A stretch of DNA of 64,000 nucleotides from the human T2T-CHM13v2.0 reference genome, Homo sapiens, in assembly GCF_009914755.1 (NCBI RefSeq), contig NC_060937.1; one strand, written 5' to 3'. Positions within the stretch are counted from its first letter, which is position 1; the number at the start of each line of letters is the position of its first letter. Shown here in pieces: positions 14,739 to 31,174 of this stretch. The position numbers and the translations under genes are program-made. Below the pieces are notes generated by a model. It worked only from the letters and a program-made list of their open reading frames with translations. It did not search any database and had not been told where the DNA came from.

Positions 14739-15599
14739 AATAGGTAGGCAACAGTGTGGGAGATCTGATTAGGAGACTCAAAGAGGCAGGGGTCTGAGAA
14801 TTTGAGGCTTTCTAGAACACAACCACATCTATAGCAGGCAACAAATTGGATTAGCATCCTTTAATCTAAGTGACCCTCACTTTTTGTATGTGATAAAATC
14901 CACTTAGTGTTTGCAACATATAGTTGTAAAACACAACTCTTAACAACTCTCGATATATATTCATGATTGAAGTAAAACTGTTAATGGCAAATAGAAGCGT
15001 AATTCATTCACTTTTAATACAAAACACTTCACATTTCTAAGCTTCAACACAACCGCCATCTTTCATAGCATATTGTTCAATCCAATTTTCTAACTCGTTG
15101 AGAACATTCTCCAGTTGCTGCTGAGTGATTTCCTAAATTGCATTCGTGCTCCCTGCCCTAAGTTTCCCCAAAGAATGTGATTCTGATTAGCAAACAACAA
15201 TTTTAACAAGCTTGCTTCTAACAAGCATATATCCAAAGTCATTAATCCTTAAAGGTGCAAGAGGACTTTATAAATACCTCCTGTGTTCAAATGAAAATCT
15301 GGGGGAGCTTGTGCGATACGCACACTGATACTCAGCAATGAAAATACCTTCCTCCTTCCCCGCGGCGACTCTAAACAGCGTCCCACCGGGAATTGTTGTT
15401 TGAGTGATAAAGAACTGGTGGGGCCTCGCGCAAGACTCAAGCAAGCCACAGAGGCCCTTCTCGGCGAAATGGAAAATTCATCAAGGCACAATGAGGAGGG
15501 AGCAGGAAACGAGGCTCTGATCAGACTGCTGCGGCAATGCCAAGTGCCAGCTTATCCTGCACTCTGCATTCAGAAAGATTCAATGCTGCCATCCACGTT

Positions 15600-15740
15600 T
15601 TTTTTGGTTGTGGAAAAATAGACAAGACATAACATTTACCATTTACACCATTTTTAATTGTATAGCTTGGTCGCGCTAAGTACATACACACCATTGTGCA
15701 ACCATCACCATCATACACATCCACTTCATCATCCCATACC
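15600..15740 (-). mobile_element. Old L1 (L1MB-like) 3' end
   Basis: cataacatttaccattt...ccattgtgcaaccatcacca. Confidence 0.6.
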
Positions 15741-15901
15741 AGGCACATTTTGCATACGCACTCTGGTGGGTAAACGTTCAGGAACCCACGTAGAGCCCCA
15801 TGCTCAGTGGATGACTTCATGTCCAAACCCCTGGAATCCAGAGCCCAGAGATGAGTTACTCTCACACAGCCGACTCGCTATCCACTTTGCTATCCAGGAC
15901 T

Positions 15902-16585
<684 letters not shown>

Positions 16586-16856
16586 GGACTTCCAGAGCTT
16601 TCTCTCACGGTACCTTCTCTATCCCCCACCACAGGAACAGGTGCCTGCCTGCTGTCCTTCCCACAGGCCTCACTCCTTCCCGTCTGCACACCTCTGCTTC
16701 TACTATTTCTTTCAAAGGAATTGAATCCTACTCTCAGCCACCACAAACCCTTACCAGCCTGCAGGACCACAGGCTACTTCCAGCCAAGCCCGGCCCTCAG
16801 TGACCTTTCCAATCTCTGCTGCCCACTTCTTCCATTTAAAAAAAAAGATTGTCGTA

Positions 16857-17197
<341 letters not shown>

Positions 17198-17794
17198 TAG
17201 ATTGTCCTATATTGAAATCCCCTAAGCCTTGGGGTCTGTTGAACTTTTCCCATGCACTTAGTCTTGATCCATGCAGAGACAAATTCCTTATGGGCAAGAA
17301 TGAAATCTGAACTTGTCTCTCTCTCACTCAGCCCAGCATGGGTGCTTATCTTCTCTGTGGCTGACTGCCCTCCTCTGCAAGCGAAGATGTTTCATGCAGT
17401 AGCATCTGCAGGAGCATCTACCTCAGTGTGCGCAGAAGGGTTACAATGAGTGGGAAAGGCTCACTGACTTTAACAAGGCGAAAAACAGGAAGCTGACTGT
17501 GGGGCAGATGTGAGTGCTGTTTTGGCAAAACCAGTTCACAATGCTTTCAAAAAGGCCAGTCTAGACTATGTAGGAAGTGTCAGTCGGCACACATGAGTTT
17601 ATAGAATATACAGAAAAGATTCCAGAGTAGTTCTACCTCCATGGCTCAGTGTCTAAGCAAGAGCCAAAGAAAGAAAATCCCAGAAACACCACGTAAGAGT
17701 TGGGAGGGAAGCCAGATTCTAGACAACTAGTTTCAAAGGCAAGCCAGGCCTACATGCCTGTGGGTTTTAAGTGTTCACTCTGGTAAGAATCCAT

Positions 17795-18312
17795 GAAGCA
17801 ACATTAGATTCTTGAAACCACAGTCTACTATGGAGCAAATCATTCTTAAATTCTAGATTTTACTAGTAGGTTATCTCCAAACTGACAGATTAGTATGTAA
17901 AGAGCAACAAAGCCTTCCCAAGAAAGCCCTATGTTGGTCCCAAGGACGTCACTTCTAACCTGTCATAGAGAAATGATGGAGGAAAAGAGCTGAAAGACAA
18001 GGCCCAGGTTGCCAAGTGCCACCCTTCCATTGAAAAATGGAGTACCATCTTTCCTATCTCCGGGGCCTGGTCCATCAGCAGTTTCTTGGTTATCAACTGT
18101 AATTACTAGTAGGGGAAAACTTGCAAAATTTGCCATCTGTTTCTCAACTCCCTAAAACATGATACACTCCACTCACTGCAACACACTGAAATCACTTTGT
18201 GTATTTTCCTACCTTGACCTTGTATTTCTGCAAAATTTCTCTAAAATGGATCTTCAGGGAAGCAGGGGACAGTGTGGGGAGGGGAGCGGACACCAGAGTA
18301 GGATGAGCTGAA
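17795..18312 (+). repeat. Local direct duplication, copy A (intron 13)
   Basis: Aligns by eye at about 95% to 25226-25728. Confidence 0.95.
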
Positions 18313-18388
18313 AGCCATAAAGGCTTTCCTGAGCCAACTCGAAATGGCTCTGGAAAAGCAGAAATGACTTAAGACACAAACACACTCA

Positions 18389-18496
<108 letters not shown>

Positions 18497-18679
18497 TCAG
18501 ACTCTCACCCAGGAACATGACAACTTTCAACAACTGGGATGTTCATTCAAATGCCAACAGAATAACCCAAGAAGGTGCTTCACACAGGACGCAATACACA
18601 GTAAGCAGGTCCTATGTGCTCACCACCACTGGAAGGTATCAAAAGACACCGGCATAGTGGCTGCTGAAATGCAACTTAC

Positions 18680-18774
18680 CTTGCAAGGTTTACCCGTGCT
18701 TTCTGCCCTCCACTCAGCGTGGTTCCCCGATCTCCTATCACAGTCAGATCACCATCCTCCAACAGCTGTAAATC
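18680..18774 (-). CDS. ABCC4: ABCC4 exon 12 (95 nt), [32 protein letters not shown] (ABC signature)
   Basis: atacag|GAT acceptor, AG|gtaagt donor; LSGGQ. Confidence 0.97.
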
Positions 18775-19099
18775 CTGTATGGACAAAGGAAAGAAGGGGG
18801 GAAAAAGAGACTTAAAACATGTTCTTCCTCTGTTCTTTGTGTTCTTCCAAAGTTATCCTAAACTTTGCACATTAGTTCTTCAGAAATTTACATGTATTTG
18901 ATCAACAGCAATGGAAATATTTCATAGTAACTAAATTGTAAGTTTGAACCTATCAAATACACAGTCAGGGCACGTTATCTATTTTAATGCTGTAGCTTTT
19001 CATAGCATTTATGCACTGAGCCATTTTAACAGAAATTTTTTGAGCAGCAACTCCTTGTGAATTCAGCAGCGAAAGAGTTTCCACAGTGAGTGACCTGAC

Positions 19100-19830
19100 A
19101 ATAAAAGATTGACACAAATGTAAGAGGTGATAAGTGCTAAGAAGGAGAAGGAAGCTGGCTTAGGGAGACAGAGTGACAGAGGGAAAGTCCACTTTATATA
19201 GGGAGGTCAACAAGGGCTCTGATCGAGGGGGTCTGAGCAGAGACCTGTCAGGGGATGGACTGGCTGGCACAGAGTGCAGGAAGAGTGCTCCATAGAGGAA
19301 TGAGCAAGCACAAAACCCATGGGGTGATACGTGCCCAAGGTGTTCACAGAAGAGCAATATGGATGCACACGGAACTGCGAGCACAGGATGATGGCAGGGG
19401 AGGGCAGAGACAGAGGCAAGAGAAGCCAAGGGCTCACACCCAGGGAAATAGGAGGAAGGACATGATCTGATCAAGGCAATAATTGAGACAAGAAACAACA
19501 GTAGCCGGGACCGGAGTGGGGAACAAGGAAGTGAACATCAGTGGTCATGTGCTGAACAAATTTTAAAGGTAGCACCTATAGGATCTGCTGATGAGATGGG
19601 TTTGTGTTGTGATAGAAAAAGAGGAGGACTGCATTGGTTTTGGTGTAAGACAAGGGAAGAACAGGGTTACCATTTACTGAGCTGGGGGAAATGAGGGACG
19701 CAGATTCAAGAGATAAAATCAAAAGGTTGATTATGGCCAAACTGAAATGCTGACCGGCTATCCTGACTTGCGGCTGGATAAGTGAGTCTGGAGGTCTGTG
19801 CTGGAGACCCAACCGTGAGGGCTGTCAGCA
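19100..19830 (-). mobile_element. L2 relic
   Basis: Degenerate L2-like purine-rich sequence. Confidence 0.5.
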
Positions 19831-20920
19831 TAAAGCCACGGGACTTACTAAGGAACAACTGTGTCTTCACAAGCCATTTTGCGACTTTTGCCTCAGCTTT
19901 CCATTCTCAGAGAAGGGATAACACCCGCCCCATCTTCACAGTGATGCTTAAGGCATCACAATAGACTGACAGAAAAAAAACTGCAAAGAATAAGAGCAGA
20001 AAGAGCAGCCCAGTCAGGAAAAGCCAAAGGGAAAGGAGCAGAGTGCTCATGAGACACTGCACAGACTGGTTGCACTAAGTAGACTCTGGCTCCATGCAAG
20101 ACCCCAAAAAACAAAAGCTAGGAAGGAAAACAAGTTTTTATTTGAGGATCCAACCAAAGTTATATTTAAAAATTATTTAAGAAATAAGTTGACAAAGCAT
20201 AATACTTTTTTAAAAAAACATGACAAGAACATCCCTGAAAATAACAGGATAATGATCAGGTTTAAGTTACAGGACATTACATTAGAAATCTTTACTTGGA
20301 TGGCCTATAATTATCACTAGACAGATCCTAGCATAGACAAAAGGTGTGGAGAACATCGCTGGGTATTGACTGAGCTGCATAAGCATCAACCTAGGACACT
20401 ACAGAGATAGCCCTCTTACAGATCAAGGTGTCATTTCTTTGTCTCTACTCTGACAAAGCCGGGGAGACAAAGCAAATGGCACATTGAGATCTCCATGACA
20501 AGCAAATCCTCTGACCTCCCTAAGTTCTCATTTTATCTCTTTTACAAAATATCCTGGAGAAACAAGAATTAATAAACTCATAGAATGCCGGAACAATCTA
20601 AAGTAAGGGTATGAACTCTCTAAGTGAAAAAAGGATCTGAGTTCATTATCATTTGCTATTGATGACTATGACATATTTTCTGATCAAACCAACAGCAGGA
20701 CCCCATTCATAGCATGAATCCCACTAAATAAAGTACATCACCAAATGGAAAAAAACAGTATTTCCATTGGAACCCACTCCCTGGCAGCCCACTAAGACAC
20801 ACAGGAGTCCCCTAATACTCCAATCTGAACCAGATGGCATCAAATGAAAGGTAGCAAGTGCCCCATTATGAAAATTCATTATTTCACGTTATCTCTTTGT
20901 TGAGCTCAGAAGTTACACTA

Positions 20921-21259
<339 letters not shown>

Positions 21260-22647
21260 TTAACACTATCTCTTCCTTTCAGTTTTCATAAAAAGACAAT
21301 GCACCATTTTAAGACAGGGTCCCAGCCTTCCACACAAACACAAACACACATTGTTTACTTGGCCTCATTCCATTGCTGATGGTCTTTATATAATGTGTTA
21401 AGTTTCTGTGCCTTGATTTTACATTGTTTTGTTTTCATTCTCAAAATAGCATCAAGTTGTAGCAGAGCAATCTTAGCCATTTTCTAGAAAAGACACTAAA
21501 AATATCTGTCTCATTTCATGCAGACAGGGAATAGGGAAGGAGCTCTCTCCCCATGCCTGGTAGTAGCACTTTGAGTACTACAACGACCTTGAGTGTTGTT
21601 GACTTGGCAAACTATTTATGGACACGCCTCAGACAGGGAAAATATTTCAAAGGATCTGAAGTACAATCTGAGTCAGGCTAATTTCCTAGCCATGATTTTC
21701 TAGTTTGGCTAAAGGGAAACAGTTGAGCAGAAAGCAGAAGTGCTCCCAATGGGAGGAAGGTATCTCATGCACGTTAGGTACCACTCAGTAAAATTAACCA
21801 ATTATTTAATCTACCACCACCTTTACTGAAATGCAGACACAGAAACTAGAGAAAAACCATGACGTGGCTATGTGGGTTTGACGCCATCTAACCAGAATCC
21901 TACCATGTGCACATCAACCATGGTGACACTAAAGGCAGAAAGACCACTGAGGACACTATGGGGATGGTCACAGGGGCCAGGCCTGAGGCCCCAGCACAAG
22001 AAGAGGCCCCAGAGTCAGAGAGCAGGGCTCTCCAGCTTTGGGCCACACCTTGCTTCCATTTGGAATGGCCCTTCCTGTCATAGCTTATCAACATCCTATT
22101 CTTCTTTCAGGGCCCAGCTCAAACTCTTCTATGAAACTAACCTGCAGTCCCCCAATCAGAAAACATCACTCTCTCTTCTAGGTTCCTAAGGCTTTGTTTA
22201 TATTTCTTAGGAAGGACCTGCCATATTCTGCCTCTTAATGTTTATGTGTGTACTCAGCTTCTTGCTCCACAGGTCAGCTCCTGGATGTAAGAGCTATGCA
22301 CCAACCACTGTTCCTGATGCCTGGTGTTATCTCTAACCTTCATGACAACCTGCCAAGTAAGTAGTGACCACACTTCACAGATGAGGAGACTGAGATGAAG
22401 TGAGAGCACGTAACTGGACTGAGGACTCTCAGTTAATAAAGGAAGGCTGGAGTCTGAACCAAGCTCATCTCAGTTCACAGCCTGTTGCCCTTTCATATCA
22501 TGCTTCCCCAAGTGCTTGCTAGAAGTTACTTAAAGGCAATACTGAAACAACTCAGAACTCGAAGTCTCTCTATCCATATACAGCACTATCAGTTCATTTA
22601 GTCACCCTAGTTAGATTCACCTCATTGTATCCCTTTTGTACTCAGCT

Positions 22648-22772
22648 TTAAAAAAAAAGACAGGGTCTTGCTATGTTGCCTAGGCTGGTCTCATACTCCT
22701 GGCCTCAAGCAATCCTCCCACCTCAGCTACCCAAAGTACTGGGATTACAGGTTTGAGCCACCACGCCGGGCC
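22648..22772 (-). mobile_element. FLAM / Alu left monomer
   Basis: Single reverse monomer. Confidence 0.8.
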
Positions 22773-23274
22773 CTCAGCATTTATTTCCTATTATGTCACT
22801 AAGGAGTGATATGGTTCTCCCAACTGAGAGATTAACAACAACAACAAAAAGGCATAACAACAGTTATTTTATGATTGTCAAGGCAATCTAAAAAGAAAAT
22901 GTCCAAGTTGGCAGGAATGTGGCAAATATGAGAAGAAATTATAAGATAGTGGGTACACCAAAGGGGTTTGTAGAGTCAAGTGAGCTATATAGAAAAACAT
23001 TAAACTCCAATTTATCAATTCCATGCCTTTGGATACACACTGCTTAAAAGTGCTCAAGGATTAAAAGAAACTATGCAAAGGGTGACATAATATTAATACA
23101 TTGCATCTATTAGGGTAACAATATTTTTATTATTCTCTTATTTACTGTACTATGTATAGAAACCCTATATAAATATCAATTCAAATAATGGAAGTTATAT
23201 ACTCAGATACATTCTTTCAAGCATGTCACATTTCATGTGATTTTACCCAAAATTGGTGGCTCTTATAATTAAGA

Positions 23275-23500
23275 AGGCCTGTTATGTGCCTAGTAATCAG
23301 ATGCTTTAAGTTCATGATCAAATCTTATCCTCACAATAGCCTATGAGGTGAATAGTTTATTATCTCTATTTTACAGATGACAAAACTGAGGCTTTCTAAG
23401 GTTCAGACGATTAGCTAAAATCACACACCTACTGAAGAGGAACTGAGACTCAATCCCAGAGCTGTCTGACCCCAAGGCCTCGGATTTTAACTACTACCCA
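23275..23500 (-). mobile_element. MIR
   Basis: attttacagatgacaaaactgaggct core. Confidence 0.7.
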
Positions 23501-24312
23501 CTAAAGTATCTAACATTAGTATGTTGTTTCCTGAGGTATGTCCTGTCATTTGCTACGATATCTCTTTGAATAAATAATTAGCCTAAAGCAATACTGCTAA
23601 ATGTGAATTACTACTTCCTATCTTATTATTTTATCTCAAATATATTTTTAGCTCGATGAACTTATAAATTTACTTCAACTGTATCTAGTACAATATATCT
23701 AGTTGCTATCAACATATCTGAGAAATCTTGTTAGTTCCTATTTTTTCCTCTAGGACTTTTTTTTTTTTTTTTTGCGGGGGAGGGTGGCCAGGAGGGGAAT
23801 GAGGAACTATATAAGGCAAAATCTTTTATTTATCTTATTAACTGATTTAGAGAAAAGGGCAACAGCTACTATTTACCAAAAACCTGGCATGTTTGCATTT
23901 TACAGACATTGCCTGCAGTCTTTATAATCCTGCTGTATCTCCCCCATTTAATAAGAAATGAAACAGAGGCCAAACACCCAGAGACGCTCAGGACCATTTC
24001 TGTCCAGCAGGTTTTGATTACACATGCAATCTCTGTACCTACAAGCCAGAATAATTCCAGTATTGCTATTCTCTATGGCCATCTAACACCCACCATTGAC
24101 ACGTGGATTTGAAAAGGAGTCGGCAAATGATCTCATAACTCATTAAGAGGATCCCTGGTTTCTTCCAGTCCCCTGCTAAACAGTCATAAATGGCATTTGA
24201 GAATGGTAGCAAAATTTCTTGGAAACCATCTCATCCCATGTCCTTATTTCTCAGCAGAGACATCAAAAGCCCAAGGCAAGTAATGTGACAAGTCCAAAGT
24301 GGACACCGAGCT

Positions 24313-24603
24313 GGTCGTGCGCAGTGGCTCATGCAAATAATCCCAGCATTTTGGGAAGCAAAAGCAGGTGGATCACTTGAGGTCAAGAGTTCAAGACCAG
24401 CTGGTCAACACAGCAAAACCCCATCTCTACTAAAAGTACAAAAAAATTAGCCAGGCATGGTGGTGCACACCTGTGACCCCAGTTACTCAGGAGGCTGAGG
24501 CAGGAGAATCACTGGAGCCTGGGAGGCGGAGGTTGCAATGAGGCGAGATTACACCATTAGACTCCAGCCTGGGTGACAGAGCGAGACTCCATCTCAAAAA
24601 AAA
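24313..24603 (+). mobile_element. AluS
   Basis: Full Alu. Confidence 0.9.
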
Positions 24604-25225
24604 CCCAAAGTGACAGCGAGCAAATGACAAAGCTGGGCCAGACTCCTGCTCTGTTCGACTTCTCCACCGGAGGCCCACCGTCCTACCGAGGATGGAACCA
24701 TGCACAGGGGGCCAGCAGTCCATGCTTACACACATCCAGGAAGGAACCAAGAAGTCGCCATGCAGCCCAGCCCTGAGGGGACCCCATTGCCACTGGAGTC
24801 TGCCTGCCACGCAGAAGCCCGCAGGTGCCTGGGACACTATCCGAGTTACTGGGCCAGTCCTCAAAGGTGGCTACGGAAGAGGCTGAATGGCAGCCACTGT
24901 CCTAACCCCCACTTTCCCCCAGAGACTTTCTGATGTGGGAAGGAGCAAGGCAGAGCTGGGTGACCTGGGACCTGGAGTCTCATGTGGGTATCAGAAGCTG
25001 AACAGGTAAAAAGGGAAGGCTTGAAAAACATTTTGTCCCACATTCTACCTTTTTATCAATCACCTAATTGTTAAAATAGTTTTCTACCTTATAAACACCC
25101 CCAACTGAGAGGTGCCTGGCAGAGGGGAAAATGGAATCTGGAGCTAGGCAGGTATGGCTTTGAACTTGAACTGCAAATGTTCAAGTGAGTCATTTTATCT
25201 CTCCAACCCTCCACTTTACCAGCCA

Positions 25226-25728
25226 GAAGCAACATTCAACTCTTGAAACCACAGTCTTGAACAAATCATTCTTAAATTCTAGAGTTTACTAGTAGGTTAT
25301 CTCCAAACTGACAGATTAGTAGGTAAAGAGCAACAAAGCCTTCCCAAGAAAGCCCTGTGTTGGTCCCAAGGACCTCACTTCTAACCTGTCATAGAGAAAT
25401 GATGGAAGAAAAGAGCTGAAAGACAAGGCCCAGGTTGCCAAGTGCCACCCTTCCATTGAAAAATGGCGTACCATCTTTCCTATCTCCGGGGCCTGGTCCA
25501 TCAGCAGTTTCTTGGTTATCAACTGTAACTACCAGTGGGGGAAAACTAGCAAAATTTGCCATCTGTTTCTCAACTCCCTAAAACATGATACACTCCACTC
25601 ACTGCAACACACTGAAATCACCTTGTATATTCTCCTACTTTGACCCTATATTTCTGCAAAATTTCTCTAAAATGGATCTTCAGGGAAGCAGGGGACAGTG
25701 GGGGGACACCAGAGCAGGACAAGCTGAA
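25226..25728 (+). repeat. Local direct duplication, copy B (intron 11)
   Basis: Aligns by eye at about 95% to 17795-18312. Confidence 0.95.
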
Positions 25729-27379
25729 GTATAGTAATTATTTTAGGGAAATGTTAGCAATTCTGTACAAACTTTGAATAAAATGAAAATTTTACTTTAA
25801 AAAAGCGAGGCTAGCAATATCAGAAAAATAAACAAAATGAGGATAGCAATAGCAAAGGCACTGGGAAATCATGGCAAAAGATTAAAACTTTACACAGCTT
25901 TGTGTGTGCATATGTGTGAGCGTGTGAGACAGAGAAAAAAAAATAAGACCTGGTAGGATCTGAATAACTAGGAGCTTGCCTTAGCGCATCTTTTCCTATA
26001 TAGTGTATACTATTCAATAAAAATCTAGCTCATTACTGCTAACTTAATGTCATTTCCGAAAATGCATCATCTCTCATTAACAATAGCCCAGGATGAAGAA
26101 ACAGCCCATTAAACAAGCAATGATTTCTCTATCCAAATCGCCAGCAAATACTACTCACCTGATTGACAGACTCTGATATTCCAGCCATTGTTCAAGCAAA
26201 ATTACTCATTCCTCACAAACCTGGCTGGAAGCCTTCTGCATCACACCTGTGACAGTCTGTGGCGGCCTTTTCCAGACAGCATAAAAGAACAGTAGGATGT
26301 CCAGGCCACACTGCACAGGGCCTGGGGAGAGCCCTTTAATGCCATTATTCACTGATTTTTATGGCCCAAAGAAGGTAACATAGTATTTATCAGTATTTAC
26401 CATTTTTTCTATCTTCTAGAACTTATAGCCCTCTATTAAGTATGCTCAGTTTTCATCAACTATCCACCAGTTTTATGAAAACCTCAGTGTACAATCAAAC
26501 ACTTCATCTTTTCTGAAAACAATCACTCTCTTGGTGAAATGATACACAATGAAAAATAAATTTTAAAACAGTTTCCTTTAAATAATAAATTGCACTGTAA
26601 ATTTATCCATGTAACCAAAAACCACCCGTACCCCAAAATCTACTGAAACAAATTTTCTTTTTTAAGGGGAGTGGAGAAGGAAACCTGTGGTTTGAGAGGG
26701 ACCCAAGCAGGAAACATCAGCCAAGTGCACGGTGCAGACATCTTCCGGAGTCTGACGCAAACCAATGGGTAATGAGATACTAAAGCACTGTAATCTCTGC
26801 CTAGCCGGTTGATGATAGCAAGAAATTCTGGTGATTTTTTTTCTTGAGTGAGATGTAATTTTTTTTCAAAAGTGTTCTTATCTTCTAGAGATAAGTAATA
26901 AGGTATTACAGATAAAATACAATTACAGATAAAATACAATTGAGGCCGAGGGTATGCATCAGAAGAATCTGGGTTGGGGGTGGAGCTAGCAGAGGGCCAG
27001 GGGAGAGACGGAGTTGAATTGGCTACAAGTTGATCGCACTTGAACTTGAGCAATGGGTACAGGCAGGTTCAAGACACCCTTCTCTCCACTTTTGCAAATT
27101 TTTATAATTGTCCATTTTGAAAAAAAGAAAAGTTAAAAGTAAATAAAACTTCACAAAACCAACCAAACCCCCGAAATTCACCCTGTAAACATCATTTTCG
27201 CATCAGACTTAAAAGGACAGAGCGTGTGTGTGTTTATTTACTGGGAGGACCGCCTTAAAGTATTAAATAACATTCAAAGGTCTTTAAAAATTAAAAAAAA
27301 GTTAATAAACCTTGTTGTTCAAGTGAACACTAGTATTACTGGACATTCGAGTACATGAAATCCAAAAGTCATCACTCAC

Positions 27380-27571
27380 CTTTTTCAGAGCACAAGCCTT
27401 TATGACTTTTTCATATCGTTCCTTTTCGTATTTCTTCCCAAATAAAATATTACTCCTCAGAGTTCCCGAGAACACCCAGGGCTGCTGAGACACATAGGCA
27501 ATTCTTCCATGCACGCTGACCAGCCCGTGACTTGGGGCCAATTCCCCGAGCACGGCACTTAACAGTGATGA
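27380..27571 (-). CDS. ABCC4: ABCC4 exon 11 (192 nt), [11 protein letters not shown]...KACALKK (Q-loop)
   Basis: tttcag|TCA acceptor, AAG|gtgagt donor; within ORF 27302..27682. Confidence 0.97.
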
Positions 27572-27904
27572 CTGAAACAGATTGTAAAAAAGCACATGTT
27601 CAGTCAACACTCGAGACAAGAATAAGCCACTGCAATGCAGCCTTGCCCAGCCCTGGGAGCTTGAAAAACACCATTCATTCATTTAAAAGAGCACAGGAAG
27701 TTGTGATTAAAAATTGGAAATAACATAATGGTCCACATAAACTAGTAGTTTATAAGGAATATTAACAAAATAGAGTGTAACAATCTACTCTGCCCTAATG
27801 AGTTTCCCTAAATGAGTTTCATGCCCCTAAATGAAATGGTACACGGAACAAAGATCAACTAAGAATGCTTACAGCAACAGAGTAGCCAAGCATGACATAT
27901 ATAG

Positions 27905-28288
<384 letters not shown>

Positions 28289-29131
28289 TAAATATACATA
28301 CATACGTGAATAAATGAATGAATAAATAAAAATAAATAATAAATCCTGTGCACTAGGAAGGACTTTTATTTTTAAATACCCAAGAATCGTGTCTCTGAAG
28401 AGCAAACTTCAATTGTTAAACCACCCTATTTGTTATACACCTACAACTAGATTTATTGCGTTGCTTTAGAATATATGAGACTAAGTCTGTACGCACGTTT
28501 CCTTCACATCTTCTACAATGCACAGACATGACGTGTCTGTGCCCCCCACTATCAGAGCACTTACGACACTGAACTGAAATCACCTGTTTGTATATCTGTC
28601 TCACCCCAGATACCAGAAACTTCTGGAGGGCAGTGGCGTCTGGGTCTTGATTACAGGTGTATCTTTTACTCCTAACACAGGACTATACACCTGGCTACAG
28701 GTTTATTAAATGTGTGTTCATGTGACTTGGAGAAGTCATATCAAAACATGTTTAAAGCTTTTCAGACAAGCCTTCATAACCTCCAGATGTCTTGTAGCAT
28801 CTAGGGTCCCCTCTGACAAAAAGAAGTTCCCACTTTCTTAGTCAATCCATCCTGCATAGTGGTCACATAAATAATTTCTTTCATGGAGATGTCCAACTTC
28901 TAGGAGTTCCCAATTGCTCAACTTGAAGAACCAAGGGAAACATGATATGCATTGTCCACATTTATTTGGTCATGTGACCCTTCTTGCAAAACGAATGTTC
29001 CACGCACTGAGAAATGCCGTGCCAAGTGTACCCAGTTCAAAATTGTGTTACACGTAGCCTTGGGCTCAAACCCACGAAGTTAATATGATAAGTGGGGTTG
29101 CAACAAGCTGCCAAAAGCCATTCTAACTCAC

Positions 29132-29221
29132 CTTCCCTGCTCCCACGGGGCCGACCACAGCTAACAATTCGCCAGGTCTGACAGTAAAGGAAAGGCCTTG
29201 TAGAGTTGGGGTCTCTGATGC
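29132..29221 (-). CDS. ABCC4: ABCC4 exon 10 (90 nt), [30 protein letters not shown] (Walker A)
   Basis: ttgtag|GCA acceptor, AAG|gtgagt donor. Confidence 0.97.
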
Positions 29222-29561
29222 CTACAAATTAAAGTTTATAAAATGTGCCCATTTCAATAAAGTCACACAAATCACTTCAAAAAGAGAAGAAAACAATACA
29301 ACAGTCATTGATACATGAACATAACCCAAATCTTTCTCCTTCCTATTTTAAGATATTGTATCCTAGAGTCCTTTTCATACAATCATATTTTTTTGGTGGG
29401 GTTTTACACAGTTTGGAGTCTTCAGTACTTAAGGAAGGCCCATTCCCTTTTACCAGATTTTCATGTGAACACAGCTCCAGACTTCCACAAAATTTAGATA
29501 GTAAAAATGACAAGACAAGCTTCTTGAAATGAAAACTCATGCTAACTTACTAAAACAATAT

Positions 29562-30096
<535 letters not shown>

Positions 30097-30187
30097 AATA
30101 TTCTTAATATAATATTCAGTATGGGAGCTTTTCAACCATTTGTAAATTTTCATTCTGTCCCTTGGTTTTAATATTCTATTTCATTAA

Positions 30188-30206
30188 CCTCCACAAGGTG
30201 GCAGCA
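30188..30206 (+). promoter_or_regulatory. Candidate CTCF motif
   Basis: cctCCACAAGGTGGCAGca matches core CCASNAGRKGGCRS; motif only, no occupancy data. Confidence 0.45.
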
Positions 30207-30736
30207 TGAGTACATGGCATGCCCAGTCCTTGGCTAATGGATGACTTGAAATCTCCACTAATCTTTCCATTTTCACTTGATAAAGCATGAACCTCAGTTA
30301 TGCCCAGCCAGCCAGAAGGCACTTTATACTATAAAGTCACTCTTGGCAAATGAACTTCTACAAATGGTGGTCAACCCTGTAACCAAGAGCTCTAATTTAA
30401 CAATAACCAAAAACTGAAGAATAATGAAATTAAGTGTATGTTCATAGGTCAAAGTGAAAGTCTCAGTGTTACACCTGCAGCTTGTGTTACCCATCCTGGG
30501 AAAATAGGGACAGCATAGTAGTTCTACTATAAACACTGAGGTACCCACCACAGCATTCAATCCAGCACAAAGGGAGGAAGGGATGAAGTACTCATTAGGG
30601 TATCAGAAATAAGGTTCCTAAACAATCTATAAATTCTATGATAAAAAGATTCAGGAGTATATGCATGTTTTTACATATACTAAATGTTAACAAAATTATC
30701 AATCACTGCTAATGTTAAAAAAAAAAAGTTGTTTTA

Positions 30737-31021
30737 GGCAGGGTACGGACTGGTTCATGCCTGTAATCCCAACATTTTGGGAGATGGAGGTGGGAGGATC
30801 ACTTGAGCCTAGGAGTTCAAGACAAGCTGGGGCAACATAGTGAGAAACCATCTCTTAAAGAAAAAAAAATCAGCCAGGCATGGTGTGTGCCATAGTCCCA
30901 GCTACTCAGGAGGATGAGGCAGGAGGATCCCTTGAGCACCGGAGGCTGAGGTTGCAGTGAGCCAAGATTGCACCACTGCACTCTAACCCGGGTGACACAG
31001 TAAGACCTTGTCTCAAAAAAA
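30737..31021 (+). mobile_element. AluJ
   Basis: Full Alu with J-type ttgagccc motifs. Confidence 0.9.
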
Positions 31022-31126
31022 TGTTATTTTGCAGTTTATTATTTAGGAGACCAAATCAAATTCATTACTTTTACAAAGAGCTTCTAAATATTTTCAATTG
31101 AGAGGATTAAGTGTGTATCAGGGAGA

Positions 31127-31174
31127 AGGGATAGTTTACCAGAGCATGATAGGGATAGTTTACCAGAGCATGAT
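31127..31174. repeat. Perfect 24-bp tandem duplication
   Basis: agggatagtttaccagagcatgat x2. Confidence 0.95.

Noticed and set aside
25226-25728. Duplicated segment as an extra exon or processed pseudogene
   Set aside because: It stops ~77 nt short of exon 13, has no ABCC4 coding similarity, and shows no poly-A tail or TSD.
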